From an uncultured Candidatus Actinomarina sp. (GTDB taxonomy: Bacteria > Actinomycetota > Acidimicrobiia > Actinomarinales > Actinomarinaceae), in assembly GCA_902634185.1 (NCBI GenBank), contig CACPJC010000001.1, positions 160,001-224,000 of the forward strand: DNA of 64,000 bases, given 5' to 3'. Positions 27,595-36,720 of the stretch are shown in pieces. Within the stretch, counting starts at the first letter, position 1. The number at the start of each line of letters is the position of its first letter. The notes below the pieces were generated by a model, which searched no databases, was not told the origin of the DNA, and was given only the letters and a program-made list of their open reading frames with translations. A program made the translations under genes and the position numbers.

Positions 27595-28419
27595 TTATCG
27601 AAGATTTAACGACCTGTTTCTAAAACCAATAAATCCAATTGCCAAAAATATTAAAGTTTTTCCAACTACAAGAAATATATCTTCACCAACTAAACCATCT
27701 TGATAAGGATTTCCATATGCTCCAAAGGATGAAATATTTTCATCAACCCATTGAAAGAAATCATTAGTTCCTGAAAGTGAATTTGTTAGGTACTCAAAAG
27801 CCATTAAGCCTCCACCAAAAGCCCACGCCATTGAAGACTTTCCAGTGAAAGCCCCAAGTGCAAAACCGAGTGCACCAAAGCTTACACCAGCTAATGCTGC
27901 TTGAAGTGTTGCTTTCATCAACGGCCCATAATCAAGTGTTTGACTAAGCTCCATTGTCGCAATTGGAATAAACATTATATTGGTCCATGCGAAGGTAACA
28001 AACAAGCCAAAGAGCACTGTAATGATTGCTTGTGATAAATATACTGTTGATCTTGTCATTGGTAGTGAAGCAACAAATTCAAAAGTTCCATCTTCCTCAG
28101 CTTTTGATCCCAACTTATTTAAAAGAATTATTGTCGCTGTACCAATCAAAAGTGGTACAAATGGTACTAGGAAATAAGTTGTTACCATCCCTTCTAGTGT
28201 AAAAACATTATCCCAATCTGATATTCCTAATAAACTCATCGCAGTATCATTTTCAGAGATTCCTCTAAAAGCTTCTCTTTGAGTATCAATAAGTAGACTT
28301 TCTACACTTGAATTTGCAAAAGCCAATGGAAGTATCAATAGATAAACTCCTCCTGATATTGCCCAATTTAATATGAATTTTCTAGGTACCCTAATCATAT
28401 ATTTTAGATAATTAAGCAT
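27595..28419 (-). CDS. ABC-2 type exporter permease (start likely ATG 28419)
   Basis: EEDGTFEFVASLPMTRS, about six TM helices, C-terminal FRNRSL. Confidence 0.85.
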   Translation of the reverse strand: MLNYLKYMIRVPRKFILNWAISGGVYLLILPLAFANSSVESLLIDTQREAFRGISENDTAMSLLGISDWDNVFTLEGMVTTYFLVPFVPLLIGTATIILLNKLGSKAEEDGTFEFVASLPMTRSTVYLSQAIITVLFGLFVTFAWTNIMFIPIATMELSQTLDYGPLMKATLQAALAGVSFGALGFALGAFTGKSSMAWAFGGGLMAFEYLTNSLSGTNDFFQWVDENISSFGAYGNPYQDGLVGEDIFLVVGKTLIFLAIGFIGFRNRSLNLR

Positions 28420-29131
28420 TTGTTTCCTTTCTGTCATAAAACGCAAAGAAAGCATCTTCTAAATCTTTTCCTTCTTCTTGTGCTTTACTTAAAAATGTTT
28501 CATAAGTTTCATCATAAACTTTTACACCTTCTCTTAAAACGGCCATCGAGTTAGCAACTTTTTCAACTTCAGAGATTATATGAGAAGACAAGAGTATGGA
28601 TGCTCCATTATTTGAAAATTCTTCAACTATTTCAAAAAATGACCTCTGATGAAATGGATCTAGGCCAGAAGTTGGCTCATCTAGAATTAAAGCTTTTGGC
28701 TTGTGCAGCACTGCAAGGATTATGGCTGCTTTTTGTCTGTTTCCTTTGGACAGTTCTTTAATAGATGGGTCTACTTCTAATTCAAATTTGTCTGCTAATT
28801 CCATTGCGTAGTCAGTTGACTGTCCTCTCATATCAGCACCAAGTTTAAATAGTGATTTAGAATTGAGATTTTGTGGAAGCTGTGGGTCACCAGGAAGATA
28901 TCCAATGATTTTTTTTGCTTCAACTGGATTTTCAATTGTATTGATTCCTTCAACTGTAAGAGAACCCTTCGAGGATTTTAAGAAACCCATTAAGCTTCTC
29001 ATTGTTGTAGATTTTCCTGCACCATTTGGACCGAGTAAACCTTTTACTTCACCATTATCAACAGAAATACTGATGTCAGAGACGCCTTTTCCGTTTTTGT
29101 ATCTCATTGTGAGATTTTTAATTTCAATCAC
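28412..29131 (-). CDS. ABC exporter ATP-binding protein
   Basis: GPNGAGKST, LSKGNRQK, LDEPTSGLDP, SSH. Confidence 0.92.
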   Translation of the reverse strand: MIEIKNLTMRYKNGKGVSDISISVDNGEVKGLLGPNGAGKSTTMRSLMGFLKSSKGSLTVEGINTIENPVEAKKIIGYLPGDPQLPQNLNSKSLFKLGADMRGQSTDYAMELADKFELEVDPSIKELSKGNRQKAAIILAVLHKPKALILDEPTSGLDPFHQRSFFEIVEEFSNNGASILLSSHIISEVEKVANSMAVLREGVKVYDETYETFLSKAQEEGKDLEDAFFAFYDRKETNA

Positions 29132-29188
29132 GATTTTATTTTAAACTAAAAAAATTTAAAATTAAGTAAAATATAGCTAAATAAAGAC

Positions 29189-29326
29189 TTAATTTTCGCT
29201 GTCTTCAGAATTTTGTTTTTTTCTTAGCCATGTAAGTAAAAGTGCTGGAATTAAAAACATTAGCATTTCATCCCATCCACCTTGGTGGTGAAAAACTGGT
29301 GGACTATTTGTGAAAATTAAGTTCAT
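29189..29326 (-). CDS. 45-aa single-TM protein translationally coupled to nuoN (missing from the ORF track)
   Basis: MNLIFTNSPPVFHHQGGWDEMLMFLIPALLLTWLRKKQNSEDSEN; ATGA overlap with the nuoN stop. Confidence 0.7.
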   Translation of the reverse strand: MNLIFTNSPPVFHHQGGWDEMLMFLIPALLLTWLRKKQNSEDSEN

Positions 29327-30795
29327 AAATAACTACGTACTATCCATCTTGAAATATTTATCAAAGAGCTGGGAACAAGGCCAAAAAATATAGTCAATGT
29401 CACTAAAGTACTAATTACTAAATATTCAGATTTTTTTAATTTCAATATCTCTATAGGTGCTTCTGTCTTTTCAATAGTTGCTATCCAAATTGGTCTTAAG
29501 TAAAAATAAAATCCTGCAACCGTTGACAATAAAAGAATGGAAACAAGGAGATATTTTTCATAAGCCCATAAGTTTGTTAACAAAATAAATTTTGAGACGA
29601 ATCCGCTTGTTAAAGGAATTCCCGCTAAACCAAACATAAATACGCAAAATGAAGTTGCAAGAAACCGATTATTTATAAATAATCCCTGAATACTTTGAAT
29701 GTTAAATTCTGATGATAGTTTTCCATTTATAATTGAAAAAATTATAAATATTCCAATTAATTGGAGTATGTAAGTAAATAGATAAAACATAGATGCACTT
29801 GTTCCATTTATACCTGATACAATTCCAGATAAAATAAATCCAGACTGGACTACACCACTATAAGCTAAAAGCCTTTTTAAATCTTCTTGTATAGATGCAA
29901 ATAAAGAACCAATGAGAGCAGAAGAAACAATAACTATTAAAAAGAAGATATTGAAATTTTCAATAATCAAGTTTGTTGATACCAAACAAAGTCTTGCAAT
30001 AACAATAAATGATGAAACTTTGGCTATTGAAGACATGAATCCAACATATCCCGTTGGTGAACCTTGATAAACATCAGGAGCCCAGGATTGAAAAGGTGCA
30101 GCAGCAATTTTAAATAGTAAACCAATAAAAATAAGCAAAACACCTATTGATGTTGTAAGTGGTACAGAATCAGGTCCAACATAAGCGATACCTAAGGCAA
30201 GGTTATAAACACTAAAAACTGAAAAAGATACATAGACTAAAGAGACACCGTAAATCAATATACAAGATGCGAGCGACCCTAACAGAAAATACTTTAGGGA
30301 AGCCTCATTACTTAGCTTGTCGCCTCTATTTAAACCAGCGAGAGCATATAAACTAATAGATCCAATCTCCAAACCAATAAATAACATTATTAAATTTTCA
30401 GAGTCCACCATTAACATAAAGCCAGAAGCACTCATCAGAGTGAGAATTATTGCCTCCGTTGTTTTTTCTTTTAATTGTTTTGATGAGTCCCAAATAGGTA
30501 AAAAATTAAATAATAAAATAAGCGAAATTAAGACATTACCAAACAGAGAAAATTCGTCTAATAATATTTTTTGAGTGAAATATGAACTTACTCCATTCTC
30601 TAAAAACAATCCAAACTTTAAAAATACACAAAAACAAGTAATAAGCATTCCCATAAACGTAATTGATTTTTTTACAATTTCATTAGATTCAATAGTGATT
30701 GTAAAAAATAGAAGAACCAAGGCTGTACCAACTAAAGCAATGGTTGGAGAAATTACAATTAAATTGAAACCTATTGCTGCACTAATTTCACTCAT
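29323..30795 (-). CDS. nuoN: NADH-quinone oxidoreductase subunit N (operon 2)
   Basis: FKIAAAPFQSWAPDVYQGSP, KRLLAYS, LAGIPLTSGF. Confidence 0.95.
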   Translation of the reverse strand: MSEISAAIGFNLIVISPTIALVGTALVLLFFTITIESNEIVKKSITFMGMLITCFCVFLKFGLFLENGVSSYFTQKILLDEFSLFGNVLISLILLFNFLPIWDSSKQLKEKTTEAIILTLMSASGFMLMVDSENLIMLFIGLEIGSISLYALAGLNRGDKLSNEASLKYFLLGSLASCILIYGVSLVYVSFSVFSVYNLALGIAYVGPDSVPLTTSIGVLLIFIGLLFKIAAAPFQSWAPDVYQGSPTGYVGFMSSIAKVSSFIVIARLCLVSTNLIIENFNIFFLIVIVSSALIGSLFASIQEDLKRLLAYSGVVQSGFILSGIVSGINGTSASMFYLFTYILQLIGIFIIFSIINGKLSSEFNIQSIQGLFINNRFLATSFCVFMFGLAGIPLTSGFVSKFILLTNLWAYEKYLLVSILLLSTVAGFYFYLRPIWIATIEKTEAPIEILKLKKSEYLVISTLVTLTIFFGLVPSSLINISRWIVRSYL

Positions 30796-32282
30796 TGTGA
30801 AACTCCTATGAGATTGCTAATTGATTCATAAATTACTGATACATCTTGAACAACGTAGCTTTCTATAAAACTTGGATATATGCCAATGAACAACATTAAA
30901 GCAAGTAATGGACCTACTGCTACCAGTTCTTTTGAATTTAAATCTGTCAACACAGCATTTTCATCATTATCTATTTGTCCATTAAACATCCTTTGATAAG
31001 CCCAAAGCATATAAATTGCTGCAAGGACAACACCAAATGCTGCAACAGAGGTAAGAACTTTAAAAGTCGGATAACTTCCCATTAAAATCATAAACTCACC
31101 AACAAATCCATTGAGTCCCGGTAGTCCTATCGAAGCAAATGAGGTAAATAAGAATATTGATGCATATATTGGCATTGATTTTCTCAAACCCCCAAAATCT
31201 GATATTCTCCTTGTGTGTCTTCGGTCATATAAAAATCCAACAAGCATAAATAATGCACCAGAAGTTATACCGTGATTTATCATTTGAATTACAGCGCCTT
31301 CAAGACTTAAGTATCTTCCTGCTGAAATACCGAGCATTACAAATCCCATGTGGCTTATTGAGGAATATGCAATTAGTTTTTTAATGTCTATTTGAACAAT
31401 TGCTACGATTGCACCATAAATTATCCCTACAACAGATAGAAATGCAATTATGAATTGGTACCTAAGAAATCCTTCTGTAAAAAAAGGAATTGATACTCTT
31501 AATATTCCATAAGCTCCAACTTTCAAAAGAACTCCAGCCAACAAGATACTTCCAGCGGTAGGTGCTTCCACGTGAGCATCTGGTAACCAGGTGTGAAGTG
31601 GAAATAAAGGTACTTTTACAAGGAAACCAAATGTGAATAGTAAAAATAATATTTCTGACTGGTTGGTGGTAATTGGCATAACTGCTATTGATTCAAAATC
31701 TAGCGCAAATTTACCAGATGAAATGTAGCTTAAAACTCCCGTATATATTGTTCCAGCGAGGATAAAAATTGAACCAAAGACTGTATATAAAATAAATTTA
31801 ATTGTTGCATATCTTCTATTACTTCCACCCCAGATACCCATTAAAAAATACATTGGAATTAGCAAGGCTTCAAAAAATATAAATAATGAAACTAAATCAC
31901 CTGCCAAGAATACTCCATTTACAGCAGCTTGTAAGAGCATGATTGATCCCAGAAATCCTTTACTTTCTGCATATTCTTGATTTACTGAAAGAATTGACAA
32001 TAATACAAGCAAACAATTTAATGTAATTAATAAAAATGACATTCCAGAAAGTCCAATAATCAAATCTATTCCATATGCTGTAATCCAAGGTATTGAATCA
32101 AATTTTAAAAAGCTTGTTTTTAAATTTTGATTTACAAACATATACAAACAGAGACCTAATGGGATCAAGCTTAAATAAACTGTTAAAGGTCTGAAAAGTT
32201 CTTTCCTTCTGTTTGGTATAAGAAAAACAAATATTGAATTAATTACTGGAAGCAATATAAAGCTATAAATCAAACTTGTCAT
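30792..32282 (-). CDS. nuoM: NADH-quinone oxidoreductase subunit M (operon 2)
   Basis: VKVPLFPLHTWLPDAHVEAP, GLPGLNGFVGE. Confidence 0.97.
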   Translation of the reverse strand: MTSLIYSFILLPVINSIFVFLIPNRRKELFRPLTVYLSLIPLGLCLYMFVNQNLKTSFLKFDSIPWITAYGIDLIIGLSGMSFLLITLNCLLVLLSILSVNQEYAESKGFLGSIMLLQAAVNGVFLAGDLVSLFIFFEALLIPMYFLMGIWGGSNRRYATIKFILYTVFGSIFILAGTIYTGVLSYISSGKFALDFESIAVMPITTNQSEILFLLFTFGFLVKVPLFPLHTWLPDAHVEAPTAGSILLAGVLLKVGAYGILRVSIPFFTEGFLRYQFIIAFLSVVGIIYGAIVAIVQIDIKKLIAYSSISHMGFVMLGISAGRYLSLEGAVIQMINHGITSGALFMLVGFLYDRRHTRRISDFGGLRKSMPIYASIFLFTSFASIGLPGLNGFVGEFMILMGSYPTFKVLTSVAAFGVVLAAIYMLWAYQRMFNGQIDNDENAVLTDLNSKELVAVGPLLALMLFIGIYPSFIESYVVQDVSVIYESISNLIGVSQ

Positions 32283-34168
32283 GATAAGACTCCAGGTGAC
32301 AATAAAAATACAAGAATAAGTGCCAGCATGAAAAGTCCAAAATACACAACATAGCTTCTTACAAGACCAGTTTGTGAAAAGGAAATTTGTTGAGATGATT
32401 TTAAAAATGACCTTGCTACTCCGTTAATAAATCCATCAATAGTCATACCATCAACACTTACAGCGACTTTTCTTGATAATGATTTCATACCTTTAACAAA
32501 AATTAGATTTCCTATTTTATTTAAATAAAGAACATCTTTTGAAAGCTTTTTGAATAGTTTTAAAAAAGGTATTTTTATTTTAAAGTAGCTAAAAATATCA
32601 AAGATATAAATCAAGTATGCAAGTGCAAGGCCTGTAAAGCCTGCACCAATTGATAGAAATGCCAAAACTGCCAGAGTTATACCTTTTGGAAGGTGAGTAA
32701 CTTCTACGTTGTAAAGAGTTTCATGTAATACTTTTTCTAAACCATGAAAAAAAGGTGTATTTATAAATCCAATAAATATAGAAAAAAGGCCAAGTAGAAT
32801 CAAAGGCCTTGTCATATTTTTTGGTGCTTCATTTACACTGTCTAATTCATTGGATGGCTCTTTTACAAAAATTAATAACCAGTGCCTACCCATGTAAAAA
32901 GCAGTCATTAATGCAGCTAAAAGAGATAAAGCCCAGAATCCATAATAAATACCTCCTCTAGCAAATACCGAAGCTAGTATTTCATCCTTTGACCAAAATC
33001 CTGCAAGCGGTGGAATACCAGATATAGCTAAAGTTCCAATTCCCATCATTGCAGCAGTTACTGGCATTTTTTTTCTAAGACCGCCCATTTTATAAATATT
33101 TTGTTCGTGATGCATTTCATGAATTACAGCCCCTGCTCCAAGAAATAGCAGTGCTTTAAAAAACGCATGTGTTACGAGATGAAATATTGCTGCAACATAG
33201 GCTCCTGCTCCAATAGCTATGAACATAAATCCAAGTTGTGAAATTGTTGAATAAGCCAAAACTTTTTTTATGTCGTCTTGATTTATCGCAGCAAAAGCAG
33301 AAATTAGAGCTGTTAAAAGTCCAAGACTAATTATTGTGATACTTCCTATTTCTGAAAATTGCAATAGTGGTGAAATTCTAACCAGCATAAACACACCAGC
33401 TGTAACCATTGTTGCGGCATGAATCAATGCGCTTGCGGGTGTTGGTCCTTCCATTGCATCTGGTAACCAGCTAAATAGAGGAAACTGAGCAGATTTTCCG
33501 AAAGCACCTAAAAGTAAAAACAAAATTATAAGGTCTAAATTTTCAGGTCTTGTTTTTAGAGTGTCTTCAAATATACTCAAAAAGTTAAAGGTTTCAAAAT
33601 AATTTAAAATCATCATGAGACCAATAAGGAATCCAAAGTCTCCTATCCTGTTCAAAATAAATGCTTTGTTTCCTGCTTTTGATGCTGATTTCTTTTCTGA
33701 CCAAAAAGATATTAAAAGATAAGAGCTTAATCCAACTAGTTCCCATCCAAAAAACATTACTAAAAAATTTCCAGACATCACAAGCAGTAACATTGAGAAA
33801 ACAAAAAAATTGAAATATTCAAAGTATTTTGTGTACTTTTCATCTTTGCTCATATATGAGGTTGAAAAAAGTTGAATTACAAGACTTAAAGTAGAAATTA
33901 AAACCATCATTACCCCAGATAGTCCATCTAGATAAAATTCAAATACTATTTGTGGATCAGGAAACCACTCAAAGAGCTCGAACTTAAGTGGTTTAAATTT
34001 ATCCAAAAAAATATATCCAAATAAGAAAAAAGATACAGCAACAGATAAAAGGGAAGCATTCAAAGTTACAAAATTTGTAAGTAACTCATTCATGTATTTT
34101 CCAGCAACTTTTAAAAGTAGCGATGTAAGAAACGGAATTAGTAATACTCCTAGAATTAAAATTTCCAA
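32279..34168 (-). CDS. nuoL: NADH-quinone oxidoreductase subunit L (operon 2)
   Basis: NRIGDFG, KSAQFPLFSWLPDAMEGPTP. Confidence 0.97.
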   Translation of the reverse strand: MEILILGVLLIPFLTSLLLKVAGKYMNELLTNFVTLNASLLSVAVSFFLFGYIFLDKFKPLKFELFEWFPDPQIVFEFYLDGLSGVMMVLISTLSLVIQLFSTSYMSKDEKYTKYFEYFNFFVFSMLLLVMSGNFLVMFFGWELVGLSSYLLISFWSEKKSASKAGNKAFILNRIGDFGFLIGLMMILNYFETFNFLSIFEDTLKTRPENLDLIILFLLLGAFGKSAQFPLFSWLPDAMEGPTPASALIHAATMVTAGVFMLVRISPLLQFSEIGSITIISLGLLTALISAFAAINQDDIKKVLAYSTISQLGFMFIAIGAGAYVAAIFHLVTHAFFKALLFLGAGAVIHEMHHEQNIYKMGGLRKKMPVTAAMMGIGTLAISGIPPLAGFWSKDEILASVFARGGIYYGFWALSLLAALMTAFYMGRHWLLIFVKEPSNELDSVNEAPKNMTRPLILLGLFSIFIGFINTPFFHGLEKVLHETLYNVEVTHLPKGITLAVLAFLSIGAGFTGLALAYLIYIFDIFSYFKIKIPFLKLFKKLSKDVLYLNKIGNLIFVKGMKSLSRKVAVSVDGMTIDGFINGVARSFLKSSQQISFSQTGLVRSYVVYFGLFMLALILVFLLSPGVLS

Positions 34169-34170
34169 AT

Positions 34171-34479
34171 TTACCCTTTCGAAGAACTTAACATGTCAAC
34201 AGAGGCTGATTCTTGTTTTTTAAATATTGAGACAATTATCGCAAGACCAACTACAACTTCTGCAGCAGCAACGACTAGTACAAAAAAGACTGCAATTTGA
34301 CCATCGACTAATCCCAAATGGTTTGAAGCTGTGATAAATGTTAAATTAACAGCGTTAAGCATAAGCTCAATACACATAAACATAATCAATGCATTTTTAC
34401 GAATCATCATACCGAGGAATCCAATTGAAAAAAGTATGGCTGACAGAGTTAGATACCAATCAGAGGTTACTTCAATCAT
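34171..34479 (-). CDS. nuoK: NADH-quinone oxidoreductase subunit K (operon 2)
   Basis: [22 protein letters not shown]. Confidence 0.96.
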   Translation of the reverse strand: MIEVTSDWYLTLSAILFSIGFLGMMIRKNALIMFMCIELMLNAVNLTFITASNHLGLVDGQIAVFFVLVVAAAEVVVGLAIIVSIFKKQESASVDMLSSSKG

Positions 34480-34999
34480 TGGTCTCTCTTTTTCTAAACT
34501 CGTAAGCTAAAGCTAATGCTGCAGTTGTAGCAACGATCAGAAGGATTGATATAACTTCAAAAGGAAAGACCCACGACGTAAACATTGCAGATGCTAAAAG
34601 TGACGGTGTACCTTCTAATGTATTTTGAGATTGAGGAAATAATAAATTCCAATTGAATCCATTTTCTAAACCAATAAATACAACAACCGAAACTAATAAA
34701 ATTAAAGTTCCAGATATGAGTAATTTTTGACCTTTAATTTGCTCTTTGGTTTGTTCTGGTTTGTCAACACCAATCATCATTATGACAAACAAAAATAATG
34801 TCATTACAGCGCCTGCATAAACTAACATCTGGACCATTGCAACAAAAGTTGCGTTAAGTGAAATATACAAAATAGCTAGTGATGTAAGTGTTAGTACCAG
34901 TCCCATTGCATTGTGTACTGGATTTCTGGCAAAAATTACTATGAGCGCTCCTAGAATTATAAACAATCCAGGAATCGCAAATAGCAGTAAATCTGTCAC
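34472..34999 (-). CDS. nuoJ: NADH-quinone oxidoreductase subunit J (operon 2)
   Basis: [27 protein letters not shown]. Confidence 0.95.
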   Translation of the reverse strand: MTDLLLFAIPGLFIILGALIVIFARNPVHNAMGLVLTLTSLAILYISLNATFVAMVQMLVYAGAVMTLFLFVIMMIGVDKPEQTKEQIKGQKLLISGTLILLVSVVVFIGLENGFNWNLLFPQSQNTLEGTPSLLASAMFTSWVFPFEVISILLIVATTAALALAYEFRKRETND

Positions 35000-35000
35000 A

Positions 35001-35615
35001 CTATTCTTCTTCTAAAAATTGACCCTTTTCAGGATCTCTTTTTCCAACTCCAAGGGACCCTGTCCAGCTTATAATATTTTGATAGTCTGGATTACCATTC
35101 GATGATGTTGCTCTCATCCATCCATCAGCTGTTTTTAATTCATTAAAATTTGTTAATTTTGTTTGCTCTTCATGAACATTTGGGTTTCCATCATCTCCCA
35201 CCAATAAGACCTCTTTATCAAAGACTGCTTCATCTCTAGAACCAACACTCATCTCAAATAAAGATGTCATGGTTATAGCTTCAGTAGGACATGCTTCAAC
35301 GCACAAACCACAATAAATACATCTGAGCATATTTATTTCATATATAAAACCATATCTCTCACCTGGACTTATTGGTTGTTCCTCAGGATTATCCTCACCT
35401 CTGACATAAATACACTGGGCAGGACATACTCCAGCACAAAGTTCGCACCCTATACATTTTTCCATTCCATCTTCATATTTATTTAAAACATGTCTTCCAT
35501 GAAATCTTTGTGGTTTGTTTCTAAACTCTTTAGGGTATTTGTCTGTTACAGATTTTTTGAATAGCTCTTTAAAAGTTACCTTCAATCCTTTAACTAAGTC
35601 ATAACCTGCACTCAT
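35001..35615 (-). CDS. nuoI: NADH-quinone oxidoreductase subunit I (operon 2); start likely ATG 35615
   Basis: CIGCELCAGVCP, CIYCGLCVEACP. Confidence 0.95.
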   Translation of the reverse strand: MSAGYDLVKGLKVTFKELFKKSVTDKYPKEFRNKPQRFHGRHVLNKYEDGMEKCIGCELCAGVCPAQCIYVRGEDNPEEQPISPGERYGFIYEINMLRCIYCGLCVEACPTEAITMTSLFEMSVGSRDEAVFDKEVLLVGDDGNPNVHEEQTKLTNFNELKTADGWMRATSSNGNPDYQNIISWTGSLGVGKRDPEKGQFLEEE

Positions 35616-35622
35616 AATTTTC

Positions 35623-36720
35623 CTAACTCCAAGGTAGTCCAAACTCTCTTATACCAAGCACAATTGATGAAATCATTAGCCATATTAGTGATAGGGGTAT
35701 AAGTCTCTTCCATCCTAACTCCATTAGTTGGTCATATCTTAGTCTTGGGAGTGTTGCTCTAATCCAGAAGTAAACAAATAAGAGACCGAAAGTTTTAACA
35801 CCCAACCATATTGTTGGCATTATTGCTGATAGAAACGGTGGTAAAACTCCAGCGAAAGTTGGGCCTAACCATCCGCCCAAGAAAAAAGTTGCTGTTATTG
35901 CACACATATTAAACATATTTATATATTCAGCTAAAAAAAACATTGCAAATCTGAAACCTGAATATTCTGTATGAAACCCACCAACTAATTCTTGTTCTGC
36001 TTCTACAAGATCAAAAGGAGCTCGGTTTACTTCAGCAATCGAGGCTATGAAAAATATTCCAAAAGCTAAAAATTGCGGAAAAATGTTCCAGTTAGGAATG
36101 AATCCAATTATTGAATCAACTATTGGAATGGGGCTAGATAAATATCCTGATTGACTCTCTACAATTTTCGACATTGACATAGATCCTGAATACAAAATAA
36201 TTGGTACTAATGAAAGACCCATTGCAGCTTCGTATGAAATCATTTGGGCAGAAGCTCTTACACCACCCAATAACGGATATTTTGATCCAGAAGACCATCC
36301 TGCTAAAACTACGCTGTAAACTGCCAACGAACTCACTGCAAGAAAAAATAAAACGCCAACATTAATATCTGCTCCTACCATATTAATAAATTGAGATTCC
36401 TGACCAATTGTTAAATCAAAACCAGGGCCCAATGGAATTATCATAAATATTAAAAAAGATGGAACCAACGCAATAATAGGAGCTAATAGATACATAGCTT
36501 TATCAGCTTTCATTGGTAAGATTTGCTCTTTTAACAAAAGTTTTATCGCATCTGCTAAAGTTTGTAATATTCCAAATGGACCAGCTCTATCAGGACCAAC
36601 TCTTGATTGCATCCCAGCAACAACTTTTCTTTCTAACCAAATAAGAATAATTGTATTGGTTAATAAAAGTCCTAAAACTAAAAGTGGTTTAATTAATGCA
36701 AGAATAATTTCAGGTGACAA
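35623..36720 (-). CDS. nuoH: NADH-quinone oxidoreductase subunit H (operon 2)
   Basis: ERKVVAGMQSRVGP, NRAPFDLVEAEQEL, RLRYDQL. Confidence 0.97.
   Translation of the reverse strand: MSPEIILALIKPLLVLGLLLTNTIILIWLERKVVAGMQSRVGPDRAGPFGILQTLADAIKLLLKEQILPMKADKAMYLLAPIIALVPSFLIFMIIPLGPGFDLTIGQESQFINMVGADINVGVLFFLAVSSLAVYSVVLAGWSSGSKYPLLGGVRASAQMISYEAAMGLSLVPIILYSGSMSMSKIVESQSGYLSSPIPIVDSIIGFIPNWNIFPQFLAFGIFFIASIAEVNRAPFDLVEAEQELVGGFHTEYSGFRFAMFFLAEYINMFNMCAITATFFLGGWLGPTFAGVLPPFLSAIMPTIWLGVKTFGLLFVYFWIRATLPRLRYDQLMELGWKRLIPLSLIWLMISSIVLGIREFGLPWS

Noticed and set aside
29308-29328. Rex-like half sites TTGTGAA...TTCATAA
   Set aside because: Spacer is 7 nt instead of 4, and it lies in coding sequence at the end of the operon
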